From Octopus bimaculoides (taxonomy: Eukaryota), in NCBI RefSeq assembly GCF_001194135.2, contig NC_069000.1, positions 13,450,301 to 13,513,649 of the forward strand: a stretch of 63,349 bases of DNA, read 5' to 3'. This document shows, one piece after another, positions 1 to 13,075 of the stretch. The notes beneath the pieces were generated by a model, which worked only from the letters and a program-made list of their open reading frames with translations, was not told where the DNA came from and made no database searches. Both the position numbers and the translations under genes were made by a program. Positions within the stretch are counted from its first letter, which is position 1; each line of letters begins with the position of its first letter.

Positions 1-292
1 CATTTAAGAGTTATTGTGAAATTCCTTTCAGCCAAAAAAGACAAAAACAAAATGGAATATACCTCTGATTATGTGTGTGTGCCTATTTGTTTGTATATAT
101 GCGTATGCATATATATGTGCCTGTATGTATATATATATATATATATATGTAGGTATATGTATATATATAGTGTATGTGTGTCTATGTGTGTGCGTATGTG
201 TGTGTGTACCAAATTATACACAGACGCACATCTATATTTTATATACATATGCATTTAGATAGATAAATACATATATATATATAGATACACAC

Positions 293-358
<66 letters not shown>

Positions 359-1955
359 TCGTCCGGACGCACATATTCTCACATCACAATTCATAACACT
401 TTTGCATAAGAGTGAACTATTTTTTGCCTCGTTTTCAGTTTTCGTCGCAAGAGTCTAATTTTTCCAAAATATTTTCAATATTCCTTATTACACCATATTT
501 ATCTTACATCGCACTAAAAGTGCCTTGTTCTCTGTAGCACAGCAGTATTTCCTGTTTACATGTTTATGAATTGTTTGTGCGAGTTAGCTTTTCTATTGCA
601 CTCAAAACTCCCTTTGGGCTTCCCATATTTTCTATCTGATAATTTATCATTCATTCTGAGAAAACTACATTAGGAACGCTTACATTCACTTAGTGAACAC
701 TTTTACAATTGTTATACATTTGTATTGATATTCCATGTCGTTGACAATGCCATATTATTTAATGAAACAATGCTTAACAATTTAAATTTACGATATTTTA
801 TAAGGTCAGGAAGTGGGTATCAGCATAATGGAAAACCGACTCATTTTATGCTCCTTCTGGAGTAAGGTGGACTAACCAACTAAAGCAGCGGGCTAGTAAA
901 AAATAATAGAACGTTGGACTATATATTTTACGGTATCTGTTTCGGCATTGTGTTCTGCGCTCAAATTACGCTGCTGACTATGGTCAAGGCAAATCAGCCG
1001 ACTACAGAAACATCTTATTCGTACCGGCAATTGGCCACTGTGGTGTGTTAAGCCTACACATTGCATTGGTAAATTGGCAATGTAGGCAAATAATACAACC
1101 TATAAATGTTTTAAAAAGTTATTCATCGATATTGAATGGAATAATTATTTTCACAGTTAAAAGTGGAATCACCCAAGCTGCTGTGCTGTGAGACTGAACC
1201 GGAAACTATAAAGTTATGAAGCGAACGTCTAAACTACACAGCCATGCTTACGCCAATTATAGTCTCCATATTTCCTACTTTACAACTTACTTTAATTTTG
1301 TTTCCTTAAAACCCCAAAACTCATTTTTCTATTACAAGCAGTTAAGCACTTATTGTAAAATTTAAAATCATGATCGACGATAAACCTACGCGCTTCCATT
1401 TAATTTAATATTTAAATAATGACTAAGAGATTTAATCACGTGATTACATTGGCATGACATTATTCCTCTTGGTTTTATTTAAACCATTGTATTAACGAGA
1501 TCCCTATATGCTTCTCCATCAAAACCTATTAAAGGAAGACAGTTATACGGCCTTATAACACGCACATGAAACCCTAGTAATAGATTCAGAAGAGTAGTTT
1601 TAAAGGAATAAGCATTTTCTCAATTATTTCTGACAATAATACTAAAGATATTTGATTATAAAATGAATGTGGAAGTTATAGTTGCTCGGTTCTATTGCCA
1701 AGCAAGCCATCAATGATGAAGATTTTACAGTTTTTCAGGAATTGTAATGCGAAATATTATTATCATTATTCTAAAGACTTTGTTATAATTCATTAAAGAA
1801 AAAATTCATATTCCACTTGCTAATGTTAGCATCGCAATTAATAATTCAGCTACTGGCATTGCACCTGGTCTTATTGTTTTCAATGTTCATATAAGTGACA
1901 CGTTCTCATTCATATTATTCAATTTTATACTTGTAATTGTTGTTGTTGTTGTTGC

Positions 1956-1987
<32 letters not shown>

Positions 1988-2289
1988 TTCGACACTGGTT
2001 TACCATTGTCAGCCAACTTCTAGAAAAAAAAATGTTGTAAAAGGTTGTAGAAACGCACTTAATTTCGAAGTTAATGAAGAAAGTTTACAGTAAACATGTT
2101 TTCAAAGTCAAAGCGCAGTGTTATAGTGTCGGAGTTTGTGTTATTAATTTATAAGTATGAGAGGGAGGGAAAGTGGGGGAAATATGATGAGTGTAGCATT
2201 GGTGAGTGTAGCATTGAAAAAGACGATAACTGAGCGTGTGAAAGAAAACTGAAGTTATGGAAACGATTGCAAGATATATAAGCATAAAC

Positions 2290-2364
<75 letters not shown>

Positions 2365-2500
2365 TAGATAGATAGATAGATAGATTGATAGATAGATAGA
2401 TAGATAGATAGATGGATAGACAGACAAGAAGAGAGAGAGAGAGAGAGAGGTGACAGAGAGAGTTCGAAACCACGTGGTTTCGGGATAGACCCCAGTTTCG

Positions 2501-2593
2501 TCTTTCATCTATTACTTGTTTCAGTCATTGAACCGCGGCCAGGCTGGAACACGGCTTTGAATTGTTTAGTCGAACACATCATCTCCAGTCATG

Positions 2594-2598
<5 letters not shown>
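2501..2598 (-). mobile_element. SINE-A 3' tail fragment
   Basis: Reverse complement of the tail ...GCCGCGGTTCAATGACTGAAACAAGTAATAGA seen in the copies at 11473, 15129 and 36222. Confidence 0.7.
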
Positions 2599-2646
<48 letters not shown>

Positions 2647-2650
2647 CATT

Positions 2651-3017
2651 ATTCAGTATTTTTATTTTTATAACGTGCTTTCACTTCACTACCGAGCGCA
2701 GCTCTGTGTGCCTTGGGTATGTGCTGTGGTTTGCTGTGATGTTCTTATGGTTACTGTATTGAAAGTGTTTTACGTAAGATGTGTGCAGTGCCCAGTAGTG
2801 CAATTTTCTGTATGTTATATATATTTGTAAGTCCTGGTGTTTTTGTTATGTATTTGTCTGAATATTTTTTTATCATACCTAATGCGCCTACTATGACAGG
2901 AATTGTTTCTGTTTTTAGATTCCACATTCGAGTTACCTCTATTTCCAGGTCTTTGTATTTTGAAAGTTTCTCCATTTCTTTTAGAGAAACGTTGTCATCT
3001 GCTAGTATTGATACATC
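2651..3017 (-). mobile_element. R4/Dong-like (RLE-type) non-LTR retrotransposon, 5'-truncated 3' end with (TAA)n tail
   Basis: Minus-strand reading DVSILADDNVSLKEMEKLSKYKDLEIEVTRMWNLKTETIPVIVGALG...QKIALLGTAHILRKTL matches the restriction-like endonuclease C-terminus of R4/Dong ORFs. A 3'UTR of about 100 nt and (TAA)n at 2596-2652 follow. Confidence 0.85.
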
Positions 3018-3190
3018 GGGGGCGATCTGACAGAATTCTTAGCATGCCGTCGAAAAGCATAAGATCATTTCTTCCGTTTAAATTTCTAACTTTCGGGGTC
3101 GATAAAATGAGAACCAATTGAGTGCTGGGACTGATGTTATCGACTTACCCACTCCCCACCAAAACTTTGCTGACCTTGTGCCAAATTTTT
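3018..3190 (+). mobile_element. SINE-B, diverged, T1a tail
   Basis: Head GGCGATCTGACAGAA, core TTTCGGGGTCGATAAAAT, tail ACCTTGTGCCAAATTT. Confidence 0.7.
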
Positions 3191-3625
3191 AAAAAATTAC
3201 TGTATGTCTTTCACTAACATTTATCGGAGGAGGATGTAAAGATCAGCGATAAAATTTAAAAAAACTCCGTGCTCTACCATCACTGTACGTGTCTCTTGGT
3301 GAGCTATTCAATTTTTCTTCATCCTATAGTAAGCACTCGCTTTTCCCTTGGTCATTAGTTGTCAAAAGTAATACTGGTGCGTTGTAAACTTGTAATCAAC
3401 GGAGTTACTGTTCACCAATTGTGATATAAAATAAATGAATACAATAAATAAATAAATAAACGTAGGAGTTGTTCAGAGAAAAAGCTGATGGAAGAAATAA
3501 TAGAGATACAGACAGAAACACAAAGATAAAAAGGAACACAAAGTAATAGTTTGTGACAGACAAGAGAAACTGTGATAAGAAATAAGTGTTTGTGTGTGTG
3601 AGAAAGTCTATTCTTGCATGTACGT

Positions 3626-3658
<33 letters not shown>

Positions 3659-5437
3659 NNNNNNNNNNNNNNNNNNNNNNNNNNNNNNNNNNNNNNNNNN
3701 NNNNNNNNNNNNNNNNNNNNNNNNNNNNNNNNNNNNNNNNNNNNNNNNNNNNNNNNNNNNNNNNNNNNNNNNNNNNNNNNNNNNNNNNNNNNNNNNNNNN
3801 NNNNNNNNNNNNNNNNNNNNNNNNNNNNNNNNNNNNNNNNNNNNNNNNNNNNNNNNNNNNNNNNNNNNNNNNNNNNNNNNNNNNNNNNNNNNNNNNNNNN
3901 NNNNNNNNNNNNNNNNNNNNNNNNNNNNNNNNNNNNNNNNNNNNNNNNNNNNNNNNNNNNNNNNNNNNNNNNNNNNNNNNNNNNNNNNNNNNNNNNNNNN
4001 NNNNNNNNNNNNNNNNNNNNNNNNNNNNNNNNNNNNNNNNNNNNNNNNNNNNNNNNNNNNNNNNNNNNNNNNNNNNNNNNNATATATACATATATACATA
4101 TATGCTGCGAGCGAATTGCTATTTGCAAAGATAAATTAGTAATAATTCGCTTGCAGCGGAAGGGGGAGGAAGAAATAAAGAGAATAAAAAGAACTTACGT
4201 AAACTAGGCAGCTAAACTTAGGAAACAGTTCTTAGACATATCAAATCATTGAAAATCGCATATAGAAAATAGCTACACAGTGTGTACAAATGACAAAGAG
4301 AGGTCGGACAAGAGAGCGAAAATGAAGACACTCAATAAACCTATTAAATAAGTTCAAATCGTATAAGAAGCAACGTTTAATGAGGGTTTTGTTTTGTTTT
4401 GCGTTTGATTTTTGGAGTCTTTCATTTATGTGAAATTTTCTTTCATTTAGCGTCCGTAGCAGTGGGTATTACAGCTGTCACCTTGTAATCAAGATTTTAT
4501 TACAGAAACATTGCTAGCAGCTCGTTACTTTCTAACCAAGGAAATGCGAGCCTTATATAGCGTTATTTGTCCTTTGAAGTATTTTAATGGACATTTAACT
4601 AAAATTGTTAGTTAACCTACAACACAGAGGCTACTTTGCATTTCAGCCATCCAGTTAAGCATAACAAGTCAAAGTTTTGTTATAAAAAGAAATTACTAAA
4701 AAAAGAAAAGAAACAAATAAACAGAAAGTAAACAAGCTATAAACAAAGTCTTTGATGTTAAGTTCTACAGCACATTATCAGTTGCTGAAGTACATTTTTA
4801 CTGTTCTTAGTTTCAACTGCTTTCCCCCGACCCCCCCCCCGATCAGTTACTTTTTATAACCGCTTAATTTATAGCCTGGTTCTTCGATTCCTAAGTACAT
4901 CCATATATGTAATTTACAATTTCCTTTACTTTGTTCATGCTATCGGTTGTACTGTTATTTCATTTTATTTTGTCCCACGTCTCCTCTGGGCACTCTCCTT
5001 GAAGCAGTAACCAAAATTACTACGTCACAGTCCAAAGCTTCAGGGATGTACAATTACAATGAGTATAAGACACGATTTTTTAAAAATAAGCACAGAGGAC
5101 CAGTTATACTGTTATAAGCACATATGATAAGTGCTCAACACAGAGAGGAAATTACTCATAAAATAAATATACTTCGGCAATACTTAGTTCTACACTATGT
5201 CAGTTCAATTACCAGTGGATTTTTCTTCATTTGTATTGTTATTAATTCGCTATATTTTATTAAATTTTTATTAATTATTTGCTTACAAATGAATGATGGG
5301 TAACGCCTAGAAGAAATCCTCAATGGATATAAAAAGAGAAATAGTAAGAGAGCGGCCGGCCAAGCGTCCTGTGGCGAAAAGGCAAAGATGAGAAAACTAG
5401 TCACGGGTCACGTGTGGGCAGGAGATAGAAGGGAACG

Positions 5438-5480
<43 letters not shown>

Positions 5481-5552
5481 AATGATATATGAGCATATGC
5501 ACGTATATATACATATATGTACATACCTACATCTACATGTATATATAGATGC

Positions 5553-5710
5553 ATATCCGGTTACAGAACGTCAAAAAGGAACGGGAACATAAAACACAAA
5601 AAAAACGGACTTTTTTACAGACAACAGAATGAACACATAGGAAAACAGGCGATTTACTTATGGAACTTTTCCTTCATCAGCTGCCTCTATTCTAAACTAG
5701 GCGTTTCGAA
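5553..5710 (-). mobile_element. Penelope-like repeat fragment with hammerhead half-motifs
   Basis: Minus strand reads TTCGAAACGCCTA...GCAGCTGATGAAGGAAAAGTTCC, containing both the GAAAC and CTGATGA core halves. Confidence 0.35.
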
Positions 5711-6338
5711 TATATATACATATATATATATTTATATATATACACACACACACACACAATATATATATTACATATAATACATGTGCGTGTGTGTGTGTAC
5801 CTACCTGTATGTATGAATATCCATACATTGTATCAATTTGATTATGGATTGCAAATAATTATGCCCAAACTTTGTGTATATTTCTGTATTTTTGAACGTA
5901 AGTGTATTTGTATTGTCATTTATTTGTTTGGATTCTCGGAAAATATTATAGTGTAGTAGTATAGCTATTGGATATTAAAGTTTAAAATTTCTGGAGTAAC
6001 TTTATCAGCCAGCATATAAATAAGTAATAGATATCTATCTCTGTATACTGAAATGGAATGACAGGGAAGGTATAAAATATAATACTCTATATAAAATTTT
6101 CAATTTTAGTATCATACTAAATCTGTTGCTACAAGAGCACAAAATACATATAATCATAGAAAGAACACAACCATAATGTATTCACGCAAACCTGTGAGGC
6201 TAATTTCAATATATATTGACTATTAAATTTATTTCCCCTTATACAAATATTCGTAAAAGAATTTTCATTACTGGTTGAATAAATCGGCAGACAAAACTTA
6301 AGACCCTGTGAAAAATTAATTATTTTCAATATATATAT

Positions 6339-6528
6339 AATATTCTTTTCTACGTTAAGAACAAGGCCCGAAATTTCTGGAGAGGGGCCAGTCGATTAGA
6401 TCGATCTTAGTAGACATCTGGTACTTAATTTATCGGCCTCGAGAGGATGAAAGGCAAAGAACGTAAAGACAGACGAAATATCGCTAAGCATTTCGCCTGG
6501 CGTGCTAACGTTTCTATCAGCTCGCCTT
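6339..6528 (-). mobile_element. SINE-B, T1b tail
   Basis: Near full-length match to the other SINE-B copies; tail GGCCTTGTTCTTAACGTAGAAAAGAATATT. Confidence 0.85.
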
Positions 6529-6529
6529 T

Positions 6530-6603
<74 letters not shown>

Positions 6604-6719
6604 TAGATATATATAGAGAGATATATATATACAGATATATAGATATATATATAAGTTACAGAAATTAAATAAACCAACACCCCTAAGAAAGGTACAAAGA
6701 CACACAGATATGGTTACAC

Positions 6720-6885
6720 AACGGGTTTCTACACCGTTTTCATCTACCAAATTCACCCACTAGGTCTGAGTCCTCCCGTGGCTTTTGTAGAAAACTCTTG
6801 TCCAAGTTGCCGCGCATTGGGACTGGACTCAAATCCATTTGCTTGCAAAGCAAGCTTCTTAATTACTCGGGCATGGCTGCGCCTA
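6720..6885 (-). mobile_element. SINE-A head (tRNA-like) fragment
   Basis: Reverse-complement similarity to the head at 22255 and 36222 (...AAGAAGCTTGCT...AGTCCCA.TGCG.GGCA.CTTGG.CAAG). Confidence 0.7.
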
Positions 6886-7084
6886 CATTTTATTCTAGAG
6901 ACTTCACACCGGGGTTTATTTTCATGTTTTCTTTACGGAACAACGTGGAAGAGCACTCCCTTCTTCAAAATATATTCACGGGAAGATTTGCGTTCAACAT
7001 TTTAGGCTTATCAATCTTACACTTGTTTTGTTTTTTATAAAACTAGACTGTGCCATTTTGTGGTACTTATTTGCGATTTTATCA

Positions 7085-7430
7085 TTTATCAACAGGTTCT
7101 TGCGTAGTATACTTAAAATTAAATGGCCCGAACACATAAGCAATATGGAGTTATAGCAAAGAACGAATCAAGTTTCGATTAGGGAACAAATGTTTAAGAA
7201 AAAGTGGAAGTAGATTGGCAGCACAATTAGAAAAGACACAGTGGAATCCGGATGGATATAGAAAGAGGGGTAGGCCTAAGAACTCGTGGCGTAGATCAAC
7301 ACAAAAGGAACTTGAGAAAGGGGGACATTCATGGCAGAGTATAATTACAAAAGCGAAAAATTATGAGACATGGAATTCAATTATAAGTGGCCTATACTCC
7401 GCGTTGGAGGGTTAAAGGCAAGAAGATTTG
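7085..7430 (+). mobile_element. RTE-clade LINE 3' end (degenerate ORF C-terminus)
   Basis: FINRFLRSILKIKWPEHISNMEL*QRTNQ...KKKWK*IGSTIRK, then QWNPDGYRKRGRPKNSWRR. These are classic post-RT motifs of RTE elements, here with in-frame stops and a frameshift. Confidence 0.85.
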
Positions 7431-7836
7431 CGATTTTATTCGACTGGGAGTTTAGTGTAAGGATACGAACTACTGACTTTTTACTATTTTCATTTTAACA
7501 CATTATAAACCAGAACACGTTTGCTGTCTATTGATTATCTTTAAAATTCTTCATTATCTTTCTATTGATTGTTTATTGATTATCTTTCAATATCTTTCCA
7601 ACTAGATTATATGTCTACTCATTTATGTTAGTAACTATAGCAATATTTCTTGTGATATATTTAATGATATTTATTGGGATTTCGTTAAATATACCTGATT
7701 GATATAAATAATCTTGTTGCACGTGCATTCCGCATTTTAACGATAATTGGAATGATGCACAAAGTTGGAATGTATGCGATACAAACCTACTAATATATTA
7801 GTTCATATAGGCAGCTATGCATATACATACACGTAT

Positions 7837-7920
<84 letters not shown>

Positions 7921-9249
7921 AATGTATGTAGGTACACAAGCACACACACATATATATATACATATCATGTATATAATGATATCGTTACATGTGTGTGTAA
8001 ATATATGTCTAAAATAAGATTTGTAAACCAGTGAATATATGTTGTCTCCTAGATGAAAGTTGCATTAGTTATTTAGATAATAAATGAGGTTTGAAGCACA
8101 AAGAAAAGCGAGAAAGCCTTCTTTTACAGAATAAAAAGAGCTAATAATAAATCGGAAACAGACAAATGCTGAGTTCAATGCTAAAGTGAAGTAGGAGATT
8201 CTAATATAATGCTGATGAAAGTTCAGTGAATTCTTCATCTGAAATCAAGTAGAATTTGACAATACATAATCAGGAGGCAATTATGTTTATATGTATATAC
8301 TTTTTTTTTTATAAAACTGTTGGAAAAGTGTTAGACAGAGATGAAAGCAAAGTCTATGCAACAGGATAAAACACTACAGGAAATGAATTTCACAGTGAAA
8401 CTATTATAAATTTAGCTTTCACACAAGCATTTGTTATCACAAGGTATGATCTGAGATGGTAAGAATATTGTTAGATCAGAGATATTGGATGAAGGTGAGT
8501 GTAATATCTAAGTTACTTGATTGAATAGCATTTATAGCACATGTAGCAAATCGAAGCCTCAGTAATAAACTAGACGTACAACACTAAAAGTATATCATAC
8601 ATTAGTTATGTCTGGTTTAGCGCAACTTATTCATTCTACTATGTAGCGCTTAGTTATTAGTTAAGCTCAGTATATTAAACAATGATTTAAACATCTCTGT
8701 TGTATTCTTTTTCGTTCATAATTTTTTCGTTTAATACAGAATTTGACAAAAACTGCATTCCATAACTAATTTCCTCTTTAAGGTGAAAATATATTTCAGT
8801 ATCAAATTCTTGTTAACTCTCTACAAAGCTCAGTTGCAATTCACACTGGAATATTGCTACCATATTTAGAGTATTCTTGCTGCTGATGATGCTGTTGATG
8901 TTCTTGTTGTTGTTGTTGATGTTCTTTCTACCGCTGCTGCATACACGAGCATTCTAAATCGCATTACAGAAGGGTCATGTGGCTTTCCGGTATTGAGTCA
9001 CTTATCATCATTCCGCCTTCACACACTCAACTTCTAAAGTGCTAGACACATACAACCTCAAAATATCCTGTGTCATCTCCCGTTCAACCTGAAATGATGG
9101 AAACAACAATCAATGACAAACGTTGTTTTGTTTCGTTTTCTTTTTTCCCTCAAAGCATAATCATTCCAAATTAACTATCTCATGTTTTTTTCCATTACAT
9201 GCTTTAACACAATCTCACATATTACCAACCTCGGGAAGAATCCCTATTA

Positions 9250-9880
9250 GACTGGTTCTCTTCTCTAAAACATGTCCCACGATGCTTATTTTCACTCAGC
9301 TATTTCTCATACTTCTCATGTATTTCGATGTCCTTGCTGCACTAATTTTTTGTTTTAATGTTTTTCCCTTCAACCAAGTGAATTTCTGTGGTTTTTATAT
9401 CCACCCTCAACATACCTTCCTGTCAACATTATAGGCTGGGTTGCACAAAAAATGGAATCCATAGGATCATGGAGCAAAATGTTTTGACAGAGGCCATTAA
9501 AGATTTTTCTTTAAAATCTTCCACTCTCTTTATAATCATGAAGACAGCTAAACTTTCGAAGCAGCATTATCTAGCCCGATTTCCGTGAAGTATGACGGGA
9601 AATGAAGCCATTGCGAGGACAATTTTTCTTCAGCTCGACTCTTGCACATCGAATGATCAGAAGAGCCTCATTAATAGGTTTTGTTGAAAAAAAAAACACA
9701 CTTTGACGTTTCCGTATCACACCGTGACTGTCTCAAGCCGTCTTCGATCTTGATACTTTTCTTGGCACTCTTTCAGGAGAGGGAGCTTCAGTGAAGATGA
9801 GGATCGGCACTTGTAGCAGCTTTGACAATTCTAACTGCGTGCTTTGCCTGATTAGGTGGGTGGAAAGAAGCACGATATTG
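9250..9880 (-). mobile_element. Highly decayed Tc1/mariner-superfamily transposase remnant
   Basis: Minus-strand fragments IVKAATSADP, LDNAA, WPLS...DPMDS and TLKQKISAA...GHV resemble the HTH, the D-x-A motif, the WPPxSPDLNP motif and the C-terminus. Many stops. Confidence 0.4.
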
Positions 9881-10166
9881 TTGATTTAATATGGGCAGTA
9901 AATGCGTCTTTGTCCTGTTCAACGAGACAGCACTAACATGATCCTATTGAAAGATGTCTTCAAGGTCTTTGTTCATAGTTTCTGTACAGAGCATACACAT
10001 TTTTGCATGAGATCTCTAAGTTATGTGCCGATGGTAACTGTAGACTTACAGAACTTTGGTAACTGCAGACGTACAGTACAAAGACTCGATTTGCTTGACT
10101 AAACACTTCAAGGTGGTGACCCTGCATGGTCGCAATGCAATGACTGGAACAAGTAAACGATAAAGA

Positions 10167-10198
<32 letters not shown>

Positions 10199-10892
10199 TG
10201 TGGTTGTGCGTGTACAGTTGTGCGGTGTGTTTTACACAATTCTCCTAGAGTATTTCCACTTCAGTGTGTATTTGAGGATATACACATACCCGCACAATTT
10301 TACACATATATGTACATTCGTGCATGTGTAATGTACATTCATATATGTACATTCGTGTATATATGTGTATGTGCCTTTCTCTCAATCTATCTGTCTCGCT
10401 TTATCTCTCTGTCTTTCACTCTCTCTCTCTCTCTCTCTCAATATATATATATNNNNNNNNNNTATATATATATATATATGTATATAGATAAATACACACA
10501 TATACATATACATATGCATTCATACATATATGCATACCTATATACATACATACAATATCTATCATAAATATGTGTGTGTGTATACATACATACATACATA
10601 CGCACACACGCACACATATACGTATGTATGTATGTATGTATGTATTGTAAATATGCTTATGTATTGATATGGAGCTGTTGGTTACTGTTTAATGCGTGTC
10701 GCATTAAGTAGTATATTTTCATTTAAACGCACGTAAATAAATACACATCAATAATCATAAATTCCAATTTAAATCAAAACATTTTTGCAGTAAATTCTTT
10801 ATCAGTAGAATACATTTCACTTTATACGTTTGCTTACTTACTTTCAAGCTATAAATTCTAGTTTAAAGTAATACACTTGTGAATTTTCTAAG

Positions 10893-10948
10893 TGGAACTT
10901 TTATACAAAATATGAGATAGTGGAACTTTTATACAAAATATGAGATAG
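10893..10948. repeat. Perfect 28-bp tandem duplication
   Basis: TGGAACTTTTATACAAAATATGAGATAG x2. Confidence 0.95.
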
Positions 10949-10984
10949 AATCTTCAAAATCAAAGTAATGATTTCTCACACATC

Positions 10985-11075
10985 AAATATTTTCTTCTGT
11001 TCTTGGCACAAGGCCCGAAATTTTTAGGGAGAAGGCCAGTCGATCTGATCGATCTCAGTATGCAACTGGTACTTT
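10985..11075 (-). mobile_element. SINE-B 3' fragment
   Basis: GGCACAAGGCCCGAAATTT...CAACTGGTACTT. Confidence 0.75.
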
Positions 11076-11472
11076 ATAAAATATATTCTTATATTATAAA
11101 CATATAATAATTCTAGTGAAATACATTCACTGATTTCAAATTTAGAAATAATACATTTCTAAATCTCTCAGAGAGATTTATGCAGTAGTGACACGATGAA
11201 GTAGTTGTATGCTGTCAATTTAATATGACAGTCCCCTGAAAAGGAATAATACTACTGTTGGTTAGACCTAGGAAGCTGCACCGTTTCCTGTTGGCCTTGA
11301 CAAATTTCCTGTGTCCTTATGTTTACAAGGGGTAGATAAGCACCTCCACCCAGCTAAGCCTGCATCCAGAAATACATTCACTAGAATTATTATATGTTTA
11401 CAAGAGCTTGACGGGCATCTTCGACTAGCAGGTCATGCTACTCCAGACTGATGACGAGCGAAGACTCAGAGA

Positions 11473-11650
11473 CATCGCTTGACAACCGATGCTGGTGTGT
11501 TTACGTCCCCGTAACTTAATGGTCCGGCAGGAGAGACCGATAAAATAAGTACTAGGCTTTCAAAGAATAAGTCCTGGGGTCGATTTGCTCGACTAAAGGC
11601 GGTGCTCCAGCATGGCCGCAGTCAAATGACTGAAACAAGTAAAAGAATAT
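11473..11650 (+). mobile_element. SINE-A 3' half
   Basis: CATCGCTTGACAACCGATG...GCAGTCAAATGACTGAAACAAGTAAAAGAAT, shared with 15129 and 36222. Confidence 0.9.
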
Positions 11651-13018
11651 AATAGGATATTTTTTTTAAAAATCAAATGGCTATAAGAATCCCCCAGAGT
11701 AAACTAGGAATCAGAGGAGTCCAAAGGTAAAAAAAAAATGGTTGGGAAGCTCAGAGTTAATGTTTCAATGCAAACATTGTAATTCTACGCGCCAGTGATA
11801 TAAGAAACCTGAGGAAAATGTCAGAAACCGCAGATAAGCACTTTTCTAATGAGTTCATGGTTTGGATGTTACGTAGATGTTAATTCCGCTGCAAAATGAG
11901 AAAAAGAAGAAAATTCGTGCATCACAACACTTTCTTTTTTCTTAGTCCTGAAGGCATAGGGTTTGGAACAAAACTTGAAGATGATTCCCGTATGATAATT
12001 TCCTAAAGATTAAGGTAGAATAAGAAATGTTGAATTCTTATGAAAATGAAAGAAATTATTCATTATTATTTCGAAAAAAAAAGATTTGAATTATTACATT
12101 GATTTTTATTCTTTTTTCTTCTAAATGTCACATTTTTAAATAGCTTTTGTTTTTTTTTTTTGTTTTTTTTGTATTTCTGCATCTTTTGGTCATCAATGTT
12201 TCATTTTACACAAACGCACACTCAATCCCACCACCCACACACGCAATACACACAAAATCACACACATAACACGCACAAAAACATACGATCTCACAGCCAA
12301 ACAAGCATATATGAGCATATACACCCATGCAAAAATACATACGTACTAACACGCGCACACACACAAACAACATACACACATATACATATGTGCATACGCC
12401 TATATACGTNNNNNNNNNNNNNNNNNNNNNNNNNNNNNNNNNNNNNNNNNNNNNNNNNNNNNNNNNNNNNNNNNNNNNNNNNNNNNNNNNNNNNNNNNNN
12501 NNNNNNNNNNNNNNNNNNNNNNNNNNNNNNNNNNNNNNNNNNNNNNNNNNNNNNNNNNNNNNNNNNNNNNNNNNNNNNNNNNNNNNNNNNNNNNNNNNNN
12601 NNNNNNNNNNNNNNNNNNNNNNNNNNNNNNNNNNNNNNNNNNNNNNNNNNNNNNNNNNNNNNNNNNNNNNNNNNNNNNNNNNNNNNNNNNNNNNNNNNNN
12701 NNNNNNNNNNNNNNNNNNNNNNNNNNNNNNNNNNNNNNNNNNNNNNNNNNNNNNNNNNNNNNNNNNNNNNNNNNNNNNNNNNNNNNNNNNNNNNNNNNNN
12801 NNNNNNNNNNNNNNNNNNNNNACACACACAAACAACATACACACATATACATATGTGCATACGCCTATATACGTACATGCTCACACATATACATATGCAC
12901 ACACACACACACATATGCATGTATATGGATATAAACGCATCTACGAATATGCACACACTCACGCTCATGTACTCACAGGCACAGACGCACATGCATATGC
13001 ATATGCACGAACGTGCAA

Positions 13019-13075
<57 letters not shown>

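Noticed and set aside
5340-5430. GC-rich patch with GTCACGTG motif, a possible promoter
   Set aside because: A single short motif with no associated transcript start or gene evidence
12355-12875. Identical stretch of about 50 bp on both sides of a gap
   Set aside because: Most likely an unmerged contig overlap or collapsed low-complexity repeat (assembly artefact)
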